From the NCBI GenBank assembly GCA_045113315.1, contig JBGUIX010000010.1:3248-67247 (forward strand): a stretch of DNA of 64,000 bases, in the 5' to 3' direction. The notes under the pieces were generated by a model. The model made no database searches and was not told the origin of the DNA. It saw only the letters and a program-made list of their open reading frames with translations. A program made the position numbers and the translations under genes. The stretch's first letter is position 1, and the number at the start of each line of letters is the position of its first letter. This document shows positions 56,612-64,000 of the stretch, in pieces. Source of the DNA: Bacilli bacterium. Its GTDB lineage: Bacteria > Bacillota_I > Bacilli_A > RFN20 > CAG-826.

Positions 56612-57196
56612 CTACATGTAATATTTGACCGCGATTAAAGCCATTTGTTTGTTGGTAGCATATTCATTACCAACACGGTCATTGTCAAATTCTAAACCTT
56701 TACTTCTAACATAGTTAGCGAATTCTTTAGTGGGGAACCAATAACGAAAATCTTTATTGATGAAATTATAGTTAGATTCAAAACCACTATAAGTGAATGG
56801 AAGATAATATAATTTTCCATTATAGAATTTAAAATTCTCAGGCATGAAATCTAATCTAATTTTTTCTCTTCTTCCATACCATTCTTCACTTAAAAGAGCT
56901 TTATAGATGATTTCATCTTTAATATCTTCTTTTAGAAGCATTTCAAATACAGTGGGTCCTTCAATATAATCAACCACACTGATCATTTGGTTTTTATCAA
57001 ATAAATAAACTTTAGGAATATCAATTGCGGTAATCTTTAAACGATGCTGATGATCAACAAACTTTTGAAAATCTTCTTTGTTCTCATATTTCTTTAGAAA
57101 AAAGAATTTGCCTTTTCTTTCAACTTTATAAGAATGATCGCCTAATTTTTCTATGACAACAAATTCTTTTCTTTTGATTTCAATAATCTCAGTCAT
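56612..57196 (-). CDS. 194-aa protein-kinase-like-fold protein (minimal, atypical)
   Basis: Beta-3-Lys-like FFFLKKY, hinge VVDYIEG, and a catalytic-loop-like LDFMPENF (D-x-x-P-x-N). No clear DFG Asp. The stop is 1 nt before the prs start. Confidence 0.4.
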   Translation of the reverse strand: MTEIIEIKRKEFVVIEKLGDHSYKVERKGKFFFLKKYENKEDFQKFVDHQHRLKITAIDIPKVYLFDKNQMISVVDYIEGPTVFEMLLKEDIKDEIIYKALLSEEWYGRREKIRLDFMPENFKFYNGKLYYLPFTYSGFESNYNFINKDFRYWFPTKEFANYVRSKGLEFDNDRVGNEYATNKQMALIAVKYYM

Positions 57197-57300
57197 GGCA
57201 ATATTATCTTATAATTTCTTATAAAATTAAAGATAGCAAATCTTCTTTGTATAGTTTTTTATTTTAATAAAGCATAAAATTTATAAGAGGTTTTTTAATT

Positions 57301-58494
57301 ATGGAACACATTGAAAGATTTATTAGATACGCTAAGATTGATACTCAATCTAACGATAAAACAGGAACCACTCCCTCTACAGAAAAACAAAAGAACTTAT
57401 CTAGATTATTAGTTAATGAATTAAAAGAATTAGGTCTAGAAGATGCTTATATGGATGAATATGGCATTGTCTATGCTCATAAGAAAGGTGAAGGCGATAA
57501 AATCGGGTTAAACGCTCATGTCGATACCGCTTTAGAAGTCACTGATACTAATGTAAATCCACAAATCCACAAAAACTTTGATGGAGTAAGTGTCAAATTG
57601 AATGACAAATTAGTATTATCCTCCGAACAATTCCCAATTCTTAAGAATTTTAAGGGCTGTGACTTAATCACTACTGACGGAAATACACTTTTAGGCGCTG
57701 ATGATAAAGCGGGTATCGCTATTATTATGTCTGCTTTAGCCTATTTCCATGCTCATCCAGAGGTGAAACACCATAATATTTCTATTTCATTTACTGTGGA
57801 CGAAGAGATTGGAGAAGGCGCAAAGCATTTCTCCTTAGAAAAGATGGATGCGGATTATGCGTTTACCATTGATGGAGCCCATCCTTCTAATGTCGATTTT
57901 GAAAATTTTAACGCTAAACATTTTGAAATGGATATCGAGGGTGTCAGTGTCCACCCAGGTGAAGGAAAAGGTAGACTAATTAACGCTGTTTTAGTGCTCA
58001 ATGAATTCTTAAATATGATGCCTAAAAATGACACACCTTATGAAGCTAATGAAGATGAAGGATTCTGGCATTTAACAGGCGTAAATGGGTCTAGTGATAA
58101 AGTCCATGTTGAATTCATTTTAAGGGACTTTTGCAAGGAAAAACTCTTAAAACGCGTTGAAATTATCGAAAATAGCATTCAAACATTACTCAAGAAATAT
58201 CCGGCGATTAAGATCAAATATGACATCGTTGATCAATATGAAAATATGAGACAATATGTCGATAAAAATCCAAAACCAGTGGAAGTTGCAAAAGCCGCTT
58301 TAAGAAAGAACGGTATAGAACCTGTTTCTTCTAAAATTAGAGGTGGCACCGACGGCGCTACATTCTCCAAAATGGGATTAGTGACTCCTAACTTAGGAAC
58401 AGGAAGTTATAATCATCATGGACGATATGAATTCTTAGTAATTCAAGAGTTTGAAAAGATGATTCAGGTCGTCATTGATATTCTAAAAATATAA
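57301..58494 (+). CDS. pepT: Peptidase T (tripeptide aminopeptidase, M20B)
   Basis: N-terminal ERFIRYAKIDTQS, HVDT, GADDKAGIA, DEEIG and the C-terminal GGTDG. Confidence 0.85.
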   Translation: MEHIERFIRYAKIDTQSNDKTGTTPSTEKQKNLSRLLVNELKELGLEDAYMDEYGIVYAHKKGEGDKIGLNAHVDTALEVTDTNVNPQIHKNFDGVSVKLNDKLVLSSEQFPILKNFKGCDLITTDGNTLLGADDKAGIAIIMSALAYFHAHPEVKHHNISISFTVDEEIGEGAKHFSLEKMDADYAFTIDGAHPSNVDFENFNAKHFEMDIEGVSVHPGEGKGRLINAVLVLNEFLNMMPKNDTPYEANEDEGFWHLTGVNGSSDKVHVEFILRDFCKEKLLKRVEIIENSIQTLLKKYPAIKIKYDIVDQYENMRQYVDKNPKPVEVAKAALRKNGIEPVSSKIRGGTDGATFSKMGLVTPNLGTGSYNHHGRYEFLVIQEFEKMIQVVIDILKI

Positions 58495-58500
58495 AAATAA

Positions 58501-58530
58501 AACCGCAGGGGAACACCTTGCGGTTTCATT
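58501..58530. terminator. Bidirectional terminator between pepT and the MIP channel gene
   Basis: AACCGCAGG-loop-CCTTGCGGTT flanked by A-run and T-run. Confidence 0.65.
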
Positions 58531-58547
58531 TATTAAAGGTGAAATAA

Positions 58548-59270
58548 TTATTTCGCTTCTTCTTTGCCTTTTAATAATTTCCAAACGATGGCTGCTAAAG
58601 CGGCACCGATGAATGGGCCAATTACGCAAGCGATCATTGTTAAGAAGTCAGCTTTGACAGCGTCACCACCATTGAACATGTGGAACACTAAAGCGGATAA
58701 AGCTCTAGCCGGGTTAACGGATGTACCAGTTAATGGGATACCTAATAAGTGGACACCAAATAAAGCTAAACCGATAACAATACCAGCAACTGGGCCCCAT
58801 TCTTTCTTACTTGTTGCGCCTAAAACGGCCATGATGAATAAGAAAGTTAAAACGACTTCGGCTAAAAGACCTAACATCACAACACCAAAGGTGTATGTGT
58901 TAGCTTGAGTAATAGCAACAAAGGCATTTAAGCTGTTGGAACCTGTGGCTTTGACTCCCATGAAAATTAAAGCAAGAATACCACTACCAACGAAAGCGCC
59001 TAAAACTTGCGCACAGCAATAAATAGCGAATTCTTTCCAGGTGATATCACCACGGATAGCCATCGCTAAAGAAACTGCTGGGTTAGCATGTCCGCCAGAG
59101 ATTTGGCCGACAGAGTAAGCTAAGACAACGATGGATAAACCAAAGGCAGCAGCTGTAGCAACAACTGAGCCTGCATCGGCAGCATTACAATTAACGCCGA
59201 TAGCAACACCACAGCCGATGAGCACTAAGAACATAGTGGCAAAACATTCACTAATAAATTTCTTCAACAT
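58548..59270 (-). CDS. MIP-family channel (aquaporin/glycerol facilitator)
   Basis: Two NPA boxes (HANPAVS, SVNPARA). 240 aa, 6 TM. Confidence 0.85.
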   Translation of the reverse strand: MLKKFISECFATMFLVLIGCGVAIGVNCNAADAGSVVATAAAFGLSIVVLAYSVGQISGGHANPAVSLAMAIRGDITWKEFAIYCCAQVLGAFVGSGILALIFMGVKATGSNSLNAFVAITQANTYTFGVVMLGLLAEVVLTFLFIMAVLGATSKKEWGPVAGIVIGLALFGVHLLGIPLTGTSVNPARALSALVFHMFNGGDAVKADFLTMIACVIGPFIGAALAAIVWKLLKGKEEAK

Positions 59271-59334
59271 AAATAATTAATTCCTTTCCTAGCAAATTAT
59301 AGTTCTAGAATTAACAAAATTAAATAGCAAAAAT

Positions 59335-59357
59335 AAAAAAGAGGTAATAATTACCTC
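59335..59357 (-). terminator. Rho-independent terminator after rubredoxin
   Basis: Minus-strand GAGGUAA-UUA-UUACCUC followed by UUUUUUAUUUUU. Confidence 0.6.
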
Positions 59358-59364
59358 AATTCTA

Positions 59365-59502
59365 TTAATCTATCTTTTCAAATAAGTCTTTTCCGACTCC
59401 GCAGACTGGACAGGTGAAGTCTTCTGGTAACTCTTCTTCTTCGGTTTCATAAACATAACCACAGACTGTGCATTTGAAATGATGCAATTTTTTCTCATCC
59501 AT
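59365..59502 (-). CDS. Rubredoxin
   Basis: 45 aa from ATG 59502 with CTVCGY ... CPVCG. RBS AGGAGG. The longer tracked ORF overlaps the upstream gene and is not needed. Confidence 0.85.
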   Translation of the reverse strand: MDEKKLHHFKCTVCGYVYETEEEELPEDFTCPVCGVGKDLFEKID

Positions 59503-59515
59503 TCGATATTTCCTC

Positions 59516-60652
59516 CTAATTCTTCTCAAAATAAATTCTATAGTAAATACTCTGATAATGCGACAAAGATACAACATGACCTTTATCATCGACATCGGTA
59601 TCTGTGTCTATATAAGATGTTGTTCCTTCTTTTTGCCCAAAAGTTTTTAAATACCAATCGTTAACTTTATCACCAAAGTCCGCTAAGAAGGCTTGTCCTT
59701 TCCAATGTTCATAAATGAAATGGAAGTTTTTTAAAACATCATCACTATGCAATGAATTTACATAGTTAATGTCTTCTTTATTTTCACTTAATCTCACTAA
59801 ATCAATAATTCGATCAATTGTGTTGTAATAAGCAGAATATCTAATATATGGATCGCTACTTCTTAAACATATTTCACTGGCTAATATCTGTGCGTCATCC
59901 TCTCTCATTACTCCTAAACCATGACACATCTCATGGGCGATATAAAATGGCTTTTCACCATTCGTGGAGAAAGTGGAATAATTAGCCTCTCCTAAAGGAC
60001 CAAAATACATACCCACGATTGATACTGTCGTAAAGAGATGAGAGCTTAATAAAGGCTTTGCCTTTGGAACGGTAGAAAAATAATAAGAATTATTTAATTT
60101 AGTGAATTCTTTTCTTAAGTTAGAAATTAAAATTTCATCAGTGTAAGGGGCTTTTATTTCTCCTTTTTCGTCAATTCCTAATTCATTTACGCAGTGATTC
60201 ATATCTTCTACAAAGTAAGAAGCGATATCTTTAAATTTTGCTTTATCAATTTCCCCCGTATATCTATCCACTGGTAAGGCTTTTCTTTTATAAGCCATGC
60301 CTACACTTAAATCGTAAACCGCTACTGTGGAAACAATCACTAGTGTGACTAATAAGAAACGATTAATCGCTTCCCAATATTTTTTATTACCTAATAAGCA
60401 AAATCCCCAGGATAGATAAATAATTACAAAAATAATTAAAGATATAACACTTATCTCTGTTAAAGATAAACGGAAGGCTTCATTGATAGTTCTAAATACA
60501 TTTGTATAGCCTTTTCCAAAGCTTCTCGTCCAAGCTTCCGCTATATCGCTATTATTTGATAAAACATTCATGACAATCATTAAAATGATTACCATGATTA
60601 AAACGATAGTCATAATCACAAAACCTTTATGATTTTTCATGAATTTTTTCAT
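59516..60652 (-). CDS. DUF3810-type membrane zinc metallopeptidase
   Basis: N-terminal TM helices and [16 protein letters not shown] (HExxH plus downstream E). Confidence 0.65.
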   Translation of the reverse strand: MKKFMKNHKGFVIMTIVLIMVIILMIVMNVLSNNSDIAEAWTRSFGKGYTNVFRTINEAFRLSLTEISVISLIIFVIIYLSWGFCLLGNKKYWEAINRFLLVTLVIVSTVAVYDLSVGMAYKRKALPVDRYTGEIDKAKFKDIASYFVEDMNHCVNELGIDEKGEIKAPYTDEILISNLRKEFTKLNNSYYFSTVPKAKPLLSSHLFTTVSIVGMYFGPLGEANYSTFSTNGEKPFYIAHEMCHGLGVMREDDAQILASEICLRSSDPYIRYSAYYNTIDRIIDLVRLSENKEDINYVNSLHSDDVLKNFHFIYEHWKGQAFLADFGDKVNDWYLKTFGQKEGTTSYIDTDTDVDDKGHVVSLSHYQSIYYRIYFEKN

Positions 60653-60752
60653 ATATTCAGTTTACTTATTTTTATATCTAACTCAAATAAAATATAACTT
60701 TGTTATTTTGATTTGAACAAAGAAGTTAACAAATATATACTTAAAGAAGATT

Positions 60753-61298
60753 ATGAAATCTAGATTTGTTCTACAACTTATTATTAATTCCATCGTCGTC
60801 CTCTTATTTTTAGGAGCGGGTATTTCGGTATTTATTCTTAATCATACCGCGGAAGAATATAGTTATATTCTCTTAGGAACTATTTCTATTATCGTCGGTG
60901 TTTGTAAAGGTGTTATCTATCTTCTTAATGGAGGTATTCATAACCATAAAAACGTCACCTTTGTCACTTCCGTAGGGATGATCTTTTTAGGATTATTCTT
61001 CTTTTTAGGAAATAAAGATATTGATACTTTATGTTTCGGTTGGGGATTAATGGAATTAATGATTGGTCTTATTGAAGTTTATATCGATATCTTAGAAACT
61101 TCAGAAGGTAAAAAGACCGCTCCATTTGAAATGATGGTTAATGTCGGAACTATCGTCTTTGCTATCTTACTTTGTATTAAAACTGGAGATGGATTAAAAG
61201 CACATTTAATCTTCTTAAGCATAAGCTTAGTACTTAACGCCTTAATCCATGCTTCAACGATCTATAAAACCATTAAAGAGAGAAATAATAATGATTAA
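60753..61298 (+). CDS. Polytopic membrane protein, unknown function
   Basis: 181 aa with about 6 hydrophobic segments. Confidence 0.5.
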   Translation: MKSRFVLQLIINSIVVLLFLGAGISVFILNHTAEEYSYILLGTISIIVGVCKGVIYLLNGGIHNHKNVTFVTSVGMIFLGLFFFLGNKDIDTLCFGWGLMELMIGLIEVYIDILETSEGKKTAPFEMMVNVGTIVFAILLCIKTGDGLKAHLIFLSISLVLNALIHASTIYKTIKERNNND

Positions 61299-62217
61299 AA
61301 ATATCGTTCTTGATTGTGATCCTGGACATGATGATGCGATTGCCATCCTTTTAGCGGGACAAAAAGACAAATTTAATTTATTAGGTATATCTGTGGCCGC
61401 GGGCAATCAAACAATAAGAAAAACCGCGATTAACGCTTTAAACGTGGCTTCTTACTTAAATATTAATGTTCCTATCGCTATTGGTTGTGAATTTCCAATC
61501 GTTAAAGAAAGGGTCATCTGTGCTTCTATACACGGAGAAAGTGGATTAGATGGCTTTGATTTTCCAAAACCAAAACATAGTTTTGATAAAAGACATGGTG
61601 TGCAATTAATCATTGATTCCATCATGAATAATGATGATGTCACTATGGTGTGTACCGGTCCTTTAACTAATCTGGCTTTAGCAATGAGATTAGAACCTAA
61701 AATTGTTTCTCGAATTAAAGAAATAGTTTTAATGGGTGGCTCCACTGATAACGGAAATACTTCTCCTGCTGCCGAATTCAATATCATGTGTGACGCAGAG
61801 GCGGCACATATCGTCTTTAATTCTGGTGTCACCATCAAAATGATTGGTTTAAATGTCACTAGAAAAGTAATGGTGACAGATAAAGTTATTTCTAGAATGG
61901 AAAAAATTGGTAATTCCGCTAGTGAGATGTTTACCAAATTAATGAAAGTGTTTAACGAAAACCAAAGAAAGATATTTGGCATTGAAGCGGGACCTTTACA
62001 TGATCCAGCCACTATGGCATGTTTAATCGATGATAAAGTTATTAAATTCCAATCCATGAATGTTGAAATAGATATTAATCATGGATCAAGTTATGGAAGA
62101 ACTAACTGTGATGTATTTGATTATCTCCATAAACCGCATAACTGTTTAGTAGCCATGGATATCGATGTTAATCGTTATTGGGATGTCATCGAAGAAGGTT
62201 TAAAATATTACAAATGA
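61291..62217 (+). CDS. Ribonucleoside hydrolase (IUNH/Rih family)
   Basis: N-terminal DCDPGHDDAIAIL fingerprint. The start is set at ATG 61291 (MIKNIVLD). Confidence 0.85.
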   Translation: MIKNIVLDCDPGHDDAIAILLAGQKDKFNLLGISVAAGNQTIRKTAINALNVASYLNINVPIAIGCEFPIVKERVICASIHGESGLDGFDFPKPKHSFDKRHGVQLIIDSIMNNDDVTMVCTGPLTNLALAMRLEPKIVSRIKEIVLMGGSTDNGNTSPAAEFNIMCDAEAAHIVFNSGVTIKMIGLNVTRKVMVTDKVISRMEKIGNSASEMFTKLMKVFNENQRKIFGIEAGPLHDPATMACLIDDKVIKFQSMNVEIDINHGSSYGRTNCDVFDYLHKPHNCLVAMDIDVNRYWDVIEEGLKYYK

Positions 62218-63095
62218 AAAAGATATTAGTCATCGGTAGCATAAGTATCGATAATGTCATCTACACGAATAACTTACCTCAACCAGGAATGACTGTTTAT
62301 GGCGAGTCTTTTTTATCTAATGTTGGTGGTAAAGGCGCTAACCAAGCATGCGCTATAAAACGCTTAGGTGGAGATGTTGATTTCTATGGTGCGGTTGGCG
62401 ATGATAATAATGGAAAAATTGTCAAAAACTTCCTAAATAGCGAAGATTTAAATAGTTTTTTAAAGATTTCAAAGCTTTCTACAGGTGTGGCTAGCATCAC
62501 TATCGATATGAAATCTGCGGAGAATAGAATTGTTATTGTCCCAGGTGCAAATAGGGATTTAACAATAGATGATATTGACCAAATTGATTTTAAAAAATAT
62601 AGCGTTTTATTAATTCAATTAGAGATATTAATTCCTTCTGTTATTCACGCGATGAAAAAAGCTAAAGAAAATGGATTAACAGTGGTTTTAAATCCTGCTC
62701 CATATAATGAATTAGATAATAATGCTTATCAATATATCGATTTCTTTATCCCAAATGAACATGAATTAGAACAATTCACTCCTGACATTAAAGGTGATTA
62801 TTTACAAAGAGCCAAATCTCTAGTAAATCAGGGAATTAAAAACGTCATTGTTACATTAGGTGAGAAAGGAAGTTTGTTTGTAAATAGTAAAGAACATTTC
62901 TATATAGAACCGCATAAAGTAAATGCTATCGATACCACAGGCGCAGGAGATTCTTATTGTGGGGCTTTTGTCACCGCTTTAAATAATGGGTCTAGTATTA
63001 AAGGAGCGATGGAATTTGCTAGTAAAGCAAGTTCTATGACAGTTACAAGAAAAGGAGCGATTGCTTCGCTCCCATATCTTGAAGATATTAAATAA
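62214..63095 (+). CDS. rbsK: Ribokinase
   Basis: GGKGANQA, and the PfkB signature DTTGAGDSYCGAF. ATG 62214 overlaps the upstream stop (ATGA). Confidence 0.85.
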   Translation: MKKILVIGSISIDNVIYTNNLPQPGMTVYGESFLSNVGGKGANQACAIKRLGGDVDFYGAVGDDNNGKIVKNFLNSEDLNSFLKISKLSTGVASITIDMKSAENRIVIVPGANRDLTIDDIDQIDFKKYSVLLIQLEILIPSVIHAMKKAKENGLTVVLNPAPYNELDNNAYQYIDFFIPNEHELEQFTPDIKGDYLQRAKSLVNQGIKNVIVTLGEKGSLFVNSKEHFYIEPHKVNAIDTTGAGDSYCGAFVTALNNGSSIKGAMEFASKASSMTVTRKGAIASLPYLEDIK

Positions 63096-63100
63096 TCTTA

Positions 63101-64000
63101 CTACTTGTTGTGAACGACAATCATCGTCGTTTCTGGTTTAATAATAATCTTTTCTTTCTTGGAAAGATTTTTATTTAAATATTTGATGTTTTGGAAATCG
63201 TGTTCCATCTCTTCTGGAGTATCAGATAATGTTAAGGCATTACCAATTCCAGATAAGACTTTGCCAGTCACATTAACTACACCACCGACAGTGTTTCCCA
63301 AGGCTCCCATAATCGTGGTTTTTTCTTTTTCTCCGATAAAACCTATTGGTAAATATTCCTCATTACTTGAATTATAGACGGCGTTTACAAATTCACCTGT
63401 AGAAGCGAATTCATTAGTGGCATCGCCAAATAATTCTTTGCCTTGTCTAATTTCAAAAGCAATCTTGCTTTCAACGTCTGGCATTAATAAGTCTTCATAT
63501 AATTTATGAGCTTTTTCATTACATAGTAATTGCGCCATATAAACCGCGACAATTTGATTAGCGATAATGACACCGCTAATATTTAAACTCTCTAATGAGA
63601 ATCTATTTGTGGGTTCAAATATTTCAGCGAATACTTCAACATCTTTAGAAAGTTCTTTGTTAGCCTTAATTTTGATTAAGGATAGGAAGACGTTGCTATC
63701 GATATTATCCTCGCTAGCGTTACTATCAGAAAGTATTAATACTTTCTTTCTACCTTTAGTTTTCTTGAAATCATCAAATAATTTCTCGATATCAACATCG
63801 CTTGGTAAAACCTTTAAGTTGATGTTTCCTTCTTTCTTATTATTAAATCTAGAAACTGCTTCTTTAATAGCTTCAGATCTTTCATTTTCACCAATAACAA
63901 ATAAGTTAAACACACTGGTAGCTAATTTCTTTTCGATTTTAATCTCTTTAGAGTATTTCTTTTTAAATAAAGATTTATGAACTAGAAATCCTTTTGTCGC
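63101..64000 (-). CDS. C-terminal part of a larger protein with RCK/TrkA-like (CASTOR/POLLUX-type) regulatory domains; the 5' end lies outside the window
   Basis: The frame stays open from the tracked GTG (63913) to the window edge. Rossmann-like FNLFVIGENERS ... VLILSDSN. Confidence 0.4.
   Translation of the reverse strand, partial: ATKGFLVHKSLFKKKYSKEIKIEKKLATSVFNLFVIGENERSEAIKEAVSRFNNKKEGNINLKVLPSDVDIEKLFDDFKKTKGRKKVLILSDSNASEDNIDSNVFLSLIKIKANKELSKDVEVFAEIFEPTNRFSLESLNISGVIIANQIVAVYMAQLLCNEKAHKLYEDLLMPDVESKIAFEIRQGKELFGDATNEFASTGEFVNAVYNSSNEEYLPIGFIGEKEKTTIMGALGNTVGGVVNVTGKVLSGIGNALTLSDTPEEMEHDFQNIKYLNKNLSKKEKIIIKPETTMIVVHNK

Overview
This 64-kb window is low-GC and densely coding, with most genes on the minus strand. 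TGA is used as a stop codon, so the standard code 11 applies. The gene content points to an anaerobic, probably wall-less Bacillota/Mycoplasmatota-type organism (Acholeplasma/Anaeroplasma/RF39-like). The supporting evidence is a trimeric HydABC [FeFe] hydrogenase, class III RNR, rubredoxin, many lipoproteins, a giant surface protein with a C-terminal TM anchor and no LPXTG, and K/A/E-rich ribosomal-protein extensions. From left to right the window contains: a truA fragment; ecfT-ecfA2-ecfA1; a SigH-like sigma factor; rlmB; cysS; hydABC divergent from D-lactate dehydrogenase; cysE; nrdD with a fused redoxin plus a TrxR-like gene; an orphan DUF1778 gene; nrdG; dCMP deaminase; folD; a DUF2130 protein; membrane proteins; and asnA. 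An accessory surface-protein operon follows (1340-aa adhesin-like protein, GH3 glycosidase, three paralogous lipoprotein genes, only one of them intact). After it come preT/preA dihydropyrimidine dehydrogenase, an intergenic small hydrophobic ORF locus with type-I-toxin-like RNA architecture, a small lipoprotein and a C11 protease lipoprotein. The complete S10-spc-alpha ribosomal cluster (rpsJ to rplQ, without rpmD) comes next. The right end holds queH-queA-tgt, prs with a mini kinase-like gene, pepT, a MIP channel, rubredoxin, a DUF3810 metalloprotease, a nucleoside hydrolase, ribokinase and a partial RCK-like gene. I found no rRNA, tRNA, CRISPR, IS or prophage features. The observations most worth follow-up are: the NrdD-redoxin fusion next to a TrxR-like gene lacking NADPH motifs; the small-ORF locus at about 34.6-34.8 kb; and the decaying lipoprotein paralog family behind the giant surface protein. 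All calls come from reading the sequence and ORF translations by eye. No database search was run.
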